From an uncultured delta proteobacterium (lineage in GTDB: Bacteria > Myxococcota_A > Polyangia > Polyangiales > B10-G4): 64,000 bases of DNA. The stretch is from positions 384,001-448,000 of the forward strand of contig CAVSGI010000013.1 in NCBI GenBank assembly GCA_963727445.1, in the 5' to 3' direction. The notes under the pieces were generated by a model that saw only the letters and a list, made by a program, of their open reading frames with translations, searched no databases and was not told the DNA's origin. Shown piece after piece: positions 9,160-18,478 of this stretch (its first letter is position 1; every line of letters begins with the position of its first letter). Made by a program: the position numbers and the translations under genes.

Positions 9160-10182
9160 GTGAGTCTTCGCACTGTCGTCCCCATGTGCTTGTCGTTGGC
9201 CGTTCTCGCAGTGGCCCCGGGATCGGTGAGCGCCCAGGAGGCGGTGGAGGACGAGGAGGAAGAGGCGCCTCCCGACGAAGAGGCTGGCGCCCCGGAGCAA
9301 GCCCCGGCGAGCCCCGAAGACGCGCGCCTCGAGGAGGCGCGGGTCCTCTTCGAGCGGGGGCTCGCCCTGGTCGACGAGGAGCGCTGGGCCGAGGCCCTCG
9401 AGTACTTTCGTCGCTCGCGCGCCCTCGTCGAGCGACCGAGCAGCGTCTACAACGCGGCGGTCGCGCTCTACCACCTGGGCCGCTATCAGGAAGCCTCCTC
9501 CGCATTCGACGACTACCTCGCGCTGACCACCCGCGAGGAGGATGGGGAGCGCTACCTCGAAGCCGAGCGGTACCTCGAGGAGATGCAGCGCAACCTCGGA
9601 CGCCTGACGCTCACGGTCACGCCGCCCGACGCGGAGATCGCAGTGGACGGTGCACCCGTGCCCGGCGAAGGACCCCGCCGGGTGCTCCACCTCGACCCCG
9701 GCAGTCGCAACATCACGATCTCCGCCGAAGGTTATCAAACGCGCCGGCTCTCGTTGTCGGTGCTCGAGGGCCAGGTGCACGAGCGCTCGGTGGTTCTTCG
9801 GGAGTCGTCGGCGACGACCCTCGGCGTACGCGCCGACGTGACGAACGCCACCATCCGCGTGGACGGCGCGGTCGTCGGCCGCGGCGAGGTGGACCTCCCG
9901 GTCGAACCGGGCACCCACGAAGTCGAGATCGAAGCGGAGGGCTACGAGGACTACAGCGAGGAGGTGGAGGTCGAGTTCGGCGCGATCCACCGGGTGGACG
10001 CTGCGCTCCGTCCGGTGGGCGAGGAGCGCTCGTTCCTCTCCTCGCCCTGGCCGTGGATCATCGGCGGCGTGCTGATCGTGGCGGCCGCGGTGACGATCGG
10101 CGTCGTCGTGTCTCAGCAATCCGACCCCCTCGCCGACTACAACGGCTCCACCGGCGTCGTGATCGAGGGGCTGTCGTGGTGA
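9160..10182 (+). CDS. TPR plus PEGA domain protein
   Basis: Signal peptide, TPR-like helices, two PEGA-like repeats (PDAEIAVDG, ATIRVDG), C-terminal WPWIIGG hydrophobic segment. Confidence 0.85.
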   Translation: MSLRTVVPMCLSLAVLAVAPGSVSAQEAVEDEEEEAPPDEEAGAPEQAPASPEDARLEEARVLFERGLALVDEERWAEALEYFRRSRALVERPSSVYNAAVALYHLGRYQEASSAFDDYLALTTREEDGERYLEAERYLEEMQRNLGRLTLTVTPPDAEIAVDGAPVPGEGPRRVLHLDPGSRNITISAEGYQTRRLSLSVLEGQVHERSVVLRESSATTLGVRADVTNATIRVDGAVVGRGEVDLPVEPGTHEVEIEAEGYEDYSEEVEVEFGAIHRVDAALRPVGEERSFLSSPWPWIIGGVLIVAAAVTIGVVVSQQSDPLADYNGSTGVVIEGLSW

Positions 10183-11276
10183 GAGCCTGCCTCTTGCTCG
10201 CCATCGCCGCCCTGGGCTGTAACGCGCACCCGGGCCGGGTGCTGGTGGTGGTGGACACCGACTACCGCGTGCCGGCAGAGCTCTCGGAGGTGCGAATCCT
10301 CGCCGGCCCGGCGGACGACCCGGACGACCGCACGGGCCAGGGCTTCGTCTTGACACGCGTCTCTCCGCCGCCGCCCGGAACCCACAGACTACCGCTCTCG
10401 ATGGTGGTCCTCCCGCGTGACGGCGACAGCAGCCGGCACGTCGAGGTGGTGGTCGAAGGCCGTGCGTCCGCCAGCGGCGACGTGCTCATCCGGTCGACGC
10501 GGGTTCTGGACGGCTTCCGCCGCGGCAAGACCATCGTTCTGCCCATCTTCCTCACCAGCAACTGCGCGGCGGTCCTCTGCGATCCCGGCGAGACCTGCGT
10601 CGACGCTGATTGCGCGCCTGTGGACGTCGATCCGGGGACGCTCCGGATCGCGGAGGAGCCGGGGGAGGAGTTCCGCAATCTGCCGGACGCTGGCTCCACC
10701 CCCGACGGCTCTCTGGACGCCGGCGTGGACGCACTCGACACCAGTGTCCAGGACGCGTCGATGGACGCCGCGGACGATGGCGACGTCGCCGACGCGGATT
10801 CGGGGGTATGTGGGCCGCCGGTGACGCTGCCCTATCTCGTGCTCATGGGGCCGGAGACCTTGTTTCCCCTGACGCCGGGGCCCGGCATGTGGACGTACAA
10901 CGAGCCCAACGTTCGACGCTACGACACCTACGTCGAGTGGACCTACACGGCGCGGCCGGGCTGCGAGGTCTTCCGGGTGGAGCCGGTGATCCCCGACGGC
11001 ATGCCGGCCGATCCCATGGCGGCGTGCATGGGGACCTGCGCCACGCGGCCGACGAGGGCTGCAGAATACGAGATCTATCTGAACGGGCTCATCGACTACG
11101 ACGAGATCATCGAGGTGGATCAGAGCACGGCGCCGGGCCGCGTCCGCCTCGATCTCATGAACCCCGCCGAGAGCGTGTCGGTGAGGCTCAGCGATTGGAC
11201 GAACGAGTTCGCGATGCGCAACGAGACCTACGTGGTCTTCGAACAGGCGACCTTCTATTCGCAGCCCGCGCCCTGA
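10179..11276 (+). CDS. hypothetical lipoprotein
   Basis: GTGA overlap with the upstream stop; MRACLLLAIAALGC lipobox; VVVDTD motif; PDAG/DAG linker. Confidence 0.8.
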   Translation: MRACLLLAIAALGCNAHPGRVLVVVDTDYRVPAELSEVRILAGPADDPDDRTGQGFVLTRVSPPPPGTHRLPLSMVVLPRDGDSSRHVEVVVEGRASASGDVLIRSTRVLDGFRRGKTIVLPIFLTSNCAAVLCDPGETCVDADCAPVDVDPGTLRIAEEPGEEFRNLPDAGSTPDGSLDAGVDALDTSVQDASMDAADDGDVADADSGVCGPPVTLPYLVLMGPETLFPLTPGPGMWTYNEPNVRRYDTYVEWTYTARPGCEVFRVEPVIPDGMPADPMAACMGTCATRPTRAAEYEIYLNGLIDYDEIIEVDQSTAPGRVRLDLMNPAESVSVRLSDWTNEFAMRNETYVVFEQATFYSQPAP

Positions 11277-11281
11277 ACCCC

Positions 11282-12424
11282 ATGCAGCCGATGAACGACG
11301 CGCTGGACGCGCTGGGGCTGGCGGGCGAGATCGCCGTTTTGCCGGTCCTGAGCGGCTACCCCAGCCCCAAATACGTGAACCTGGTGCTCCGGCGCGCCAG
11401 GGGCGCGAGCTATCTCTTCGAGACCAGCGCGTCCCGCCCCGACATCGTCGCCCAGGTGAAGGACGCGCTCGACGAGGCGAGCGTCGACAGGCTCGATGCG
11501 GTGCTGGTCACGCACTGCCACGGCGATCATGGCGGGAGCGCCGGCGTGATCGCGGCGCGAGGGCGCGCGGGGGACGAGCGGGCGCCGATCTACCTGCACT
11601 CGGCCGGCTATCGCTTCATGACCCAGCCGGCAGCGTCGTTCCTGCAGGAGACCTACGAGCTCTTCCTCGCACGCTCGCACTGGGGAATGCTCGACTACAG
11701 CTCGCTGAGCGACGAACAGATCCTCGAAAACGCGATCCGCAACCGCTACGCGAACTACTTCGAGCGCGTGGAAAAGCGCGGCCTTCGCTTCGTCGACCAC
11801 GGCCATTTGCCGGAGGGCATCCTCGCGGTCTTCACCCCGGGGCACAGCCACGACTGCGTGCTCTATTGGGATCGCGAGCGGGGCGTCGCCGTGCCAGGCG
11901 ACACGATCATCTGCAAGGGAGACCCAGCGGATCCGGAGACGCACGCGTTCGTGATCCCGATCTTCACGGTCGCGGGGCAGACCTATTCGATGGCGTACGA
12001 GCGCTATCTCAGAACCATCCGTGTGCTCCGGAAGTTCTTTTCGACCTATCGGGTCGACGTGGTGATCCCGCCCCACGGCCGCTTCGCCGTCACCGAGCCC
12101 CTCGCGTGGGTCGCCTTCGCCGAGAGCTACTTCGAGGGCATCTACCGCTCGCTCCGCGAAGACTTCCTCGCCGACCACGAGGGCCCCTTTCGCGCGATGG
12201 ACCTCAACCCCTACATCCCCACCGCCGGCTCCCACCCCATCAGCACCCCCAGCCACACCTTCGGCATGCTCTGCATGCTCGCCGACGACGGCTACCTCGA
12301 CATGCAAGAGGACCAACGCACCCGCCAGATCGTCTTCGAGCTGCGCGAAACCCCTCCCGCCGACTACGTCACCAAGATGCTCGGCAAGGACCCGGGCCCC
12401 CTGCCGATCTTCGGCACGATCTGA
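11282..12424 (+). CDS. MBL-fold metallo-hydrolase
   Basis: THCHGDH, TPGHS, GD and PPHG motifs. Confidence 0.9.
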   Translation: MQPMNDALDALGLAGEIAVLPVLSGYPSPKYVNLVLRRARGASYLFETSASRPDIVAQVKDALDEASVDRLDAVLVTHCHGDHGGSAGVIAARGRAGDERAPIYLHSAGYRFMTQPAASFLQETYELFLARSHWGMLDYSSLSDEQILENAIRNRYANYFERVEKRGLRFVDHGHLPEGILAVFTPGHSHDCVLYWDRERGVAVPGDTIICKGDPADPETHAFVIPIFTVAGQTYSMAYERYLRTIRVLRKFFSTYRVDVVIPPHGRFAVTEPLAWVAFAESYFEGIYRSLREDFLADHEGPFRAMDLNPYIPTAGSHPISTPSHTFGMLCMLADDGYLDMQEDQRTRQIVFELRETPPADYVTKMLGKDPGPLPIFGTI

Positions 12425-12430
12425 AGGGCC

Positions 12431-13867
12431 TCACTCGCAGACCTCGTCGACCAGCTTCTGGTCCGGGTTGAGGGAGCGGAAGAGGCGGCGGCGGAACTTG
12501 CGCTGCTTGGTGACGAGCTGTTGGGCCATGGTGTCGATGGCGCTGACGGACATGACCGTCTGCAGGTAGGCCTCGATCAGGTCGTCGAGGCCGAGGCCCA
12601 GACGGTTGAAGTCGCGGCTGTCCATGAGGAGCAGACGCTCGGTCTGGGTCTGCCAACCGCTTTCGGTCTTCACGCTGAGGTTCGTTCCGAGCATGTCCCA
12701 GGAGGACTCGCCGCTCTGCAGCTTCGTCTCGAGAGGGCGGCGGGCGCGGCGGGCGTAGAGCGCGACCGGGCAGAAGCCCGTCTCCGATGCCGCCACCATG
12801 CAGCGCAGGTCCGCGACGTAGATGTGCCCCTTCTTGTTCGGGACGGTACCGACGTGAAAGAGCGGACCCTGCCCGCCGTGAGAGCTCCACTCGGTGTTGC
12901 CGATCAGCGCCTGGACGATGAAGCGGTCGTAGGGGTGCTCCAGCTCCATGAACTCCTCGAGCTCGTGCTGCGACGTGATGGTGTAGACGCCCTGCCCCGC
13001 GTTGCTGTACGGGTCCTTCACCACCGCCACGCCCCCGAGGCGCTGAACCCAGAGCGGCACCTCCACCAGCGACACGTCCCAGATCGTCTCCGGGACGTTG
13101 ATGCGCAGGCCGCCCTTCTGAAGGGTCGCGTTCAGCATGTCGTAGCCCTTGGCCGCGACGAGCTTGTTGCGGCCGCCCGCCAGACACACGAGCGTCGGAT
13201 TCAGGATCGCGGTGCGCGTGAGCGGCGGGATGCGCGACCACGGCTTCTGGGTGACGTAGCGGAGCGCGGCGCGGATGGGCACCCAACCGCCCTCTGCGTC
13301 GGCCACCTGAAGAACTCCGTCCTCGAATCGCGCCGTGACACCGAGATCCGTCTGATGAAAGCGCACCAGCCGGACAGACTCACCGGTGGCGTCGGCCATC
13401 GCCGCCGCGTAGCCGCTCGCCTCCATCGGGTTCTTGTCGTAAATGACGGCGAGGCCGCCCTGGGGAAGCGCGCGCCGGCGGAGCATCTCCTTGAAGGTGC
13501 GCTCCATCAGCACGCGATAGCCGGCCTGCTCGTCCGCCTCGTTGAGGAGCGGCATCGACTTCTGCCCGGAAGGGCAGGAGTTGGTCTCGATCACCACCAC
13601 GCGCCGGCGTCCCTGCTGCGAGCTGGTCAAGAAGAGGTCCGCACCACCCCAGCGAAAGAAGCGCGGCCGCTTGGCGAGGATCTCGTGCACCGCCTCGGGC
13701 TTCGCTTCCGGATGCATGTGGCAGTAGCGCTCAGCGATCCGGTCGTTGCCGAGGTGCATGAAGAAGTGAACCAGCGGATGCAGCTGCGCGTTCAGGACGC
13801 GCTCGTAGAAGTGCTCCTGGGGCTCGAAATCTCCGGGCTCGACGAGGCGTATTCCGTCCATTGCCAT
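12431..13867 (-). CDS. uncharacterised ATP-grasp-like ligase, probably of the circularly permuted type
   Basis: N-terminal D...[10 protein letters not shown]; later [19 protein letters not shown] and ADLRCMV. Confidence 0.65.
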   Translation of the reverse strand: MAMDGIRLVEPGDFEPQEHFYERVLNAQLHPLVHFFMHLGNDRIAERYCHMHPEAKPEAVHEILAKRPRFFRWGGADLFLTSSQQGRRRVVVIETNSCPSGQKSMPLLNEADEQAGYRVLMERTFKEMLRRRALPQGGLAVIYDKNPMEASGYAAAMADATGESVRLVRFHQTDLGVTARFEDGVLQVADAEGGWVPIRAALRYVTQKPWSRIPPLTRTAILNPTLVCLAGGRNKLVAAKGYDMLNATLQKGGLRINVPETIWDVSLVEVPLWVQRLGGVAVVKDPYSNAGQGVYTITSQHELEEFMELEHPYDRFIVQALIGNTEWSSHGGQGPLFHVGTVPNKKGHIYVADLRCMVAASETGFCPVALYARRARRPLETKLQSGESSWDMLGTNLSVKTESGWQTQTERLLLMDSRDFNRLGLGLDDLIEAYLQTVMSVSAIDTMAQQLVTKQRKFRRRLFRSLNPDQKLVDEVCE

Positions 13868-13900
13868 CGGCGCCGTAGTCTACACGTCTCGGGTCGCTCG

Positions 13901-14719
13901 TCAGTGGCTGCGATAGGCCACGACGGTCAGGTCGTCGGGCTTCGAGGGCTGCTCGCCCTTTTCGTTCGCCATCCGCTCGAAGGTGAGCTTCACCGCTCGA
14001 CTCACGCCCTTTTCTAGATCGCCCGCGCGCAGCAGCTCCACCACCTCGCTCGGCGCCAGGTTGTCGAAGAGCCCGTCGGAGCCGAGCACGACCGTATCGC
14101 GCTTGGCCAGGGTGAGCAGCGAGCTCATCTCCACCGTCATGTCCGGGTTGCCGATCATGTTGGTGACCAGATGGAGCTCGTCCTCGCGCAGCGCGTCCTT
14201 CTCGTCGAGGTCGCCCGCCTGCACGCGGTAGCCCACGGGCGAGTGCGCCGTCGTCAGGAGCTTGACGCGTCCGCGCTGACCGCAGACGACGATGCGCGAG
14301 TCGCCGGCGTGATACGCGCGCAGCTGGTTGCCGGCGATGTCGACCACGGCGAGGGTGGTCGCGGCGCCGATCCCCATCGAGAGAACCTTCTGATTCGCCG
14401 ATTCGAATCCACGGAGCACGCCTTCGCGCATCGGCAGGCCCGTCTTGTGGACCTCCTCGATCGCAGAGGCCATCGCCCGGACGGCCGCCTTCGATGCGCG
14501 GTCCCCACCTGGCGCGCCGCCGGCGCCGTCCGCCACGCCGAGCACGTCGCCACCGGCGGCGTGCGCGATCACCAGCGCCGCATCTTGATTGCCGCGCTCG
14601 GCGTGCGGGTTCTTGTGGGTGAAGACGACCGCTCGCCCCGTTCCCAGCGCGAAGGTGCGCGGTACGGCGAGGTCCACTCCGGCGAGGGCCTCGGTGGCCA
14701 TGGGGTTCTCAACGTCCAC
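13901..14719 (-). CDS. PP2C-family Ser/Thr phosphatase
   Basis: NQDA, VADGAGG, AGDSR, GSDGLFD and DDLT motifs. Confidence 0.92.
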   Translation of the reverse strand: MDVENPMATEALAGVDLAVPRTFALGTGRAVVFTHKNPHAERGNQDAALVIAHAAGGDVLGVADGAGGAPGGDRASKAAVRAMASAIEEVHKTGLPMREGVLRGFESANQKVLSMGIGAATTLAVVDIAGNQLRAYHAGDSRIVVCGQRGRVKLLTTAHSPVGYRVQAGDLDEKDALREDELHLVTNMIGNPDMTVEMSSLLTLAKRDTVVLGSDGLFDNLAPSEVVELLRAGDLEKGVSRAVKLTFERMANEKGEQPSKPDDLTVVAYRSH

Positions 14720-15512
14720 GCAGCGGCTCCGTCCGCATGCGCCCGTAGACGGCCGCCATGGTCACCGCGTTGGTGAAGCGCTTGCGCTCGTCGACCTCGA
14801 TCGACTTGAGGATGAAGTCGACCATCTCCTTGCTGAGCCTGCGCCGCAGGCGCTTGATGTTTGGAAACGGCGGAGTGAAAGGCCAGGCGGGCAGGTCGCC
14901 GGCGAAGAGTCGATAGGCCACCAGGCCCAGAGAGAAGACGTCCGAGCGGTAGGATGGGCGCCCCATGGCCTGCTCGGGGGCGATGTAGCCGACCGTCCCG
15001 GAGCCCGAGCCGTTCAGGACACGGGTGCGCATGGCGATGCGCGCCAGCCCGAAATCCGAGAGCTTGACGGTGTCGCCGTAGAGCAGGACGTTGTTCGGGT
15101 TGATGTCGCAGTGAATGACGCGGTGCGAGTGTGCATAGGAGACGGCGACCAGGAGCTGCTCGAAGATGTCGAGGGCCGTCTCACCGCTCATGCGGTAGCG
15201 CAGGCGGTCGGCGAGCGTCCCGTCGGCGAGGGGATAGGCGATCACCAGACGCCCATCGGCGACGGTCGCGTTCTTGATGCCGAGGATGTTCGGGTGGTCG
15301 AGGCGCACGTTGATCCGGATCTCCTTCAGGAGATCGTCGTAGTCCTCGCCGCTCAGCGCGTGTGGAATCTTGAGGGCGACGTCGATGCCCTCGATCGTGT
15401 CGCGCGCCCGGTAGACGACGGAGAACCCACCCTCTCCGATGCGCCGGCCGAGCTTGTACTTTCCGAGGCGGGTCCCCGCGCGAAGAGTACGCTTGTCTCT
15501 GACTGCGTTCAC
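14709..15512 (-). CDS. kinase-domain-only Ser/Thr kinase (non-RD, HCDINPNN loop)
   Basis: GEGGFS, VALK, DFG, GTVGYIAPE, SDVFSLG. Confidence 0.9.
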   Translation of the reverse strand: MNAVRDKRTLRAGTRLGKYKLGRRIGEGGFSVVYRARDTIEGIDVALKIPHALSGEDYDDLLKEIRINVRLDHPNILGIKNATVADGRLVIAYPLADGTLADRLRYRMSGETALDIFEQLLVAVSYAHSHRVIHCDINPNNVLLYGDTVKLSDFGLARIAMRTRVLNGSGSGTVGYIAPEQAMGRPSYRSDVFSLGLVAYRLFAGDLPAWPFTPPFPNIKRLRRRLSKEMVDFILKSIEVDERKRFTNAVTMAAVYGRMRTEPLRGR

Positions 15513-15557
15513 CGCGCGGAGGTTAGTCGACGGCGCGCGCCTAGCAAGGACGCATTG

Positions 15558-17663
15558 TCAGAGCTCGATCCTCAGACGCGCGGTCCCACCGGCGGGCACG
15601 TCGACCGACCGGCGCACCTCGTCACCCTCGGGAGGCCTCAGCGTCAGGAGGTGCCGCCCGGCGGGCAGGCTCAGGCGCGCGGGGGTGCGACCGAGCCGTC
15701 GCGACCCCTCGTAGATGTCCGCCCATCCGCCCACCGCGAAGACGGTCAGCTCCCCCGGCTCGCCCGACGGATTGCTCATCGCCGGAGGCGTGGTGTCGTC
15801 CCGGTGCATGGTGCGATGCGATCCGCGCCGACCACTGGCGCTGGAGCGCCGGCCCGCACGCTCCTCGGAGTCCGAGTCCGGCTCCGACTCCGCGACCGGC
15901 TCCGGCTCCGGCTCGGGTTCGGCGACCGGCTCCGGCTCGGATTCGGCGACGGGCTCCGTCTCGGTCTCCGTCGAGGTCGCGGACGCTGTCGGCGGCGACT
16001 CCTCTGCCGGGGTATCGTGGTCCGCAGGGACCGTCTCCGCCTCGGGCTCCACCACCGAGACCCCTTCTTCCGGTGTTGGCGCTTGCTCCTCTGCGGGTGG
16101 CGCCGTCGCCATGTCCGCGATGTAGATCCCCCCCGCCAGCGCCGAGAGGGCGAGGACGATCCGCATCGGGGTGCCGATCATCCGGCGCTTCTTCGGCTCG
16201 GGCTCGGGGGGCGCCACGAAGGGAGAGGGCTCGCCCGCGGTCGCGGCCGGGGCGGTCGGGCTCGAGCCCCCCGAGACCTCCGAAACCTCGGAGACTCCCG
16301 AGACCCCCGATCCCGCCCCCTCGTCGAAGGGCGATGGGCGGCCAAGCGTCACCGAGCTGCTCACGTCGCGCTCGGCGAAGTCGGCGATCGGGCGCGGGCT
16401 CGAGACCTCGGAGGTGGCGATGAAGATCTCCGGCGCCAGCGGGCTGTTCGCGAGGCGGGTCTCCTCCTCCTCGTCCACGTCTTCGTAGATCTGATGGACC
16501 ACCGTCGGCTCCGCGGTGAGCCCGCGGGCCCGTCCCGGCTCCGGGCGCGTCGGACCCGGCGTGTGCTGGCGCTCGACCACCTGCGAGATCAATCCGTCCG
16601 GCGGACCCGAACCGTCGAGTGCCGGAGCCTCGTCCACCATCTGCGCGTCGAGGCGCTTCACCGAACGCCCCGTCTCGAGCGACGCCTCGTACTCCTGCGT
16701 GAAGAGCGCGCGCATCCACTCGCCGATCTCCGCCGTCCCGAGGTGCTCCCCGCTCTGCACGGCGAAGCGGTTCAGCTCGCGGGCCATGTCGCGCGCGCTC
16801 TGGTAGCGGCGCTCCCGGTCGCGCTCGAGGGCGCCCTCCACGATGCGCTGTAACTCCGGGGGACAGGCCGGAACGAAGGTCGCCACGGGCGGGATCGCGT
16901 CCTGAAAGATCGCCCCCATGGTCTCGGCTTCGCTCTGGCGGTGGAAGAGCGCCCGCCCCGCGAGCAGCTCCCACAGCACCACGCCCATCGACCAGATGTC
17001 CGCGCGGAGGTCGACTCCCTCACCGCCGAAAGCCTCGGGCGCCGCGTAGGCGAACTTGCCCTTGAAGGTGCCCGCCACCGTCTGATGCCTGCGCCCGGTC
17101 GCGCTGGCGATCCCGAAGTCGAAGACCTTCACCGCGCCGGTGTAGGTCATGAAGACGTTCTCGGGCGAGATGTCCCGGTGGATCACCCCCATGGGCTGGC
17201 CGTGCTCGTCGACCGCGGTGTGGGCCGCGTGCAGGCCCTCCGAAGCCTCGGCGACGATGCGCGCCGCGTAAGGCCAGAACATCGGATGCTCCCGGATGCC
17301 GGGCATCGAGTGAATACGGCGAAGCACATCGAGGAGCGTCTGCCCCACCATGTACTCCATCACCAGGTAACGAACCCCCTGGGCTTCGCCGAAGTCGTGC
17401 ACCGCGCAGACGTTCGGATGGCGCACCAGCGAGTTGATGCGCGCTTCGTCGAGGAACATCTCGCCCAAGTCCGGGTTCCGCTCCGCCAGCCCCTGATGCA
17501 TGATCTTGAGCGCGAAGATCTTCTCGAAGCCGGCCGCACCCGCGGTGCGCGCGAGATAGATGCGACCCATCCCGCCTTCAGCGATCTCGCCGAGCAGCAC
17601 GTAGCGTCCGAGCCTTCGTGCGTCTCTGGCGGTGGCGATGACCGTGGCTTCGCGCGTCGCCAT
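15558..17663 (-). CDS. membrane Ser/Thr kinase with a C-terminal PEGA-like domain
   Basis: AEGGMG, HRDISPEN, DFG, GKFAYAAPE; TM helix, EPEP linker, LGRTP...LPAGRH. Confidence 0.93.
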   Translation of the reverse strand: MATREATVIATARDARRLGRYVLLGEIAEGGMGRIYLARTAGAAGFEKIFALKIMHQGLAERNPDLGEMFLDEARINSLVRHPNVCAVHDFGEAQGVRYLVMEYMVGQTLLDVLRRIHSMPGIREHPMFWPYAARIVAEASEGLHAAHTAVDEHGQPMGVIHRDISPENVFMTYTGAVKVFDFGIASATGRRHQTVAGTFKGKFAYAAPEAFGGEGVDLRADIWSMGVVLWELLAGRALFHRQSEAETMGAIFQDAIPPVATFVPACPPELQRIVEGALERDRERRYQSARDMARELNRFAVQSGEHLGTAEIGEWMRALFTQEYEASLETGRSVKRLDAQMVDEAPALDGSGPPDGLISQVVERQHTPGPTRPEPGRARGLTAEPTVVHQIYEDVDEEEETRLANSPLAPEIFIATSEVSSPRPIADFAERDVSSSVTLGRPSPFDEGAGSGVSGVSEVSEVSGGSSPTAPAATAGEPSPFVAPPEPEPKKRRMIGTPMRIVLALSALAGGIYIADMATAPPAEEQAPTPEEGVSVVEPEAETVPADHDTPAEESPPTASATSTETETEPVAESEPEPVAEPEPEPEPVAESEPDSDSEERAGRRSSASGRRGSHRTMHRDDTTPPAMSNPSGEPGELTVFAVGGWADIYEGSRRLGRTPARLSLPAGRHLLTLRPPEGDEVRRSVDVPAGGTARLRIEL

Positions 17664-17671
17664 GGCGTCGC

Positions 17672-18478
17672 TCAGAAGCCTATCACCAATGGCGACTCGG
17701 GCTGGGTACCGCTCGGGCTGGCGTTGCCGATCAGCAGGATGGCGAGCACCACCCCCGCCGCCACCAGGACCCCGGCCCCGATGCCGACCCAGACCCACGG
17801 GCTGATGCCCCCCTCGTCGTCGTCGCTCGCCCGGATCAACGAGCCCCCGCCCAGGGCGGGCTGGCTCCGAAGGGGCTCGTCCCGCGAGCCCTCGCTGGCC
17901 AACACCGCGCCTCCCGGTCCGATCGCTTCCACGTAGTAATCGAGACGCTGACCGGCGGGCGCAGCTTGGGTCCCGCCCCGCCGCCGGTGCCAGGAGCCGC
18001 CCCCGGACCGGGTGAAGACGCGCAGCTCACGCACCAGGTTGCCGTGGTCGTTCGAAGTTTCCGCGTCGATCGACACGCCGCCGGGCACTCCCTCGGTCTC
18101 GGAGCGCACGCCCACGATCCCGTCGACCACCTCGAGGGTCTGGGCGAAGGCCTCACTGAGCTCGGGCGGCGCTTCGCGGCCCCAGCGGTGCTCCGGGTCG
18201 AGGGAGGCGAGCTGGCGCAGGTCCTGCCGGAGCGCCCCGGCGTCGTCCATCGCGAGATGCGCCAGGCTGCGCGCGCCGAGGAGCTCCACCAGGTCCTCGC
18301 GGGTGAGGTCGTCCCGTTCCTCGGCCCGAGCGAAGGCCTCGAGCGCGCGCTCGAACTCCGCCTCCATCAGGAGCTCCTTGCCCTCGTCCACGTCGGGGTG
18401 CGCGAAGGCCACACCCACTGGCCCGACGAGCCAGAGGAACGCGCACCAGAGCGAGAGCGACAGGACCCCGCGCTTCAT
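17672..18478 (-). CDS. secreted or membrane TPR-like protein
   Basis: Signal peptide MKRGVLSLSLW, helical region, C-terminal PWVWVGIG hydrophobic segment; ATGA overlap with the upstream gene. Confidence 0.8.
   Translation of the reverse strand: MKRGVLSLSLWCAFLWLVGPVGVAFAHPDVDEGKELLMEAEFERALEAFARAEERDDLTREDLVELLGARSLAHLAMDDAGALRQDLRQLASLDPEHRWGREAPPELSEAFAQTLEVVDGIVGVRSETEGVPGGVSIDAETSNDHGNLVRELRVFTRSGGGSWHRRRGGTQAAPAGQRLDYYVEAIGPGGAVLASEGSRDEPLRSQPALGGGSLIRASDDDEGGISPWVWVGIGAGVLVAAGVVLAILLIGNASPSGTQPESPLVIGF

Noticed and set aside
15558..17663. HRDxSPxN catalytic loop (also at 39724-40860) as a novelty
   Set aside because: This Lys-to-Ser variant is common among myxobacterial kinases.
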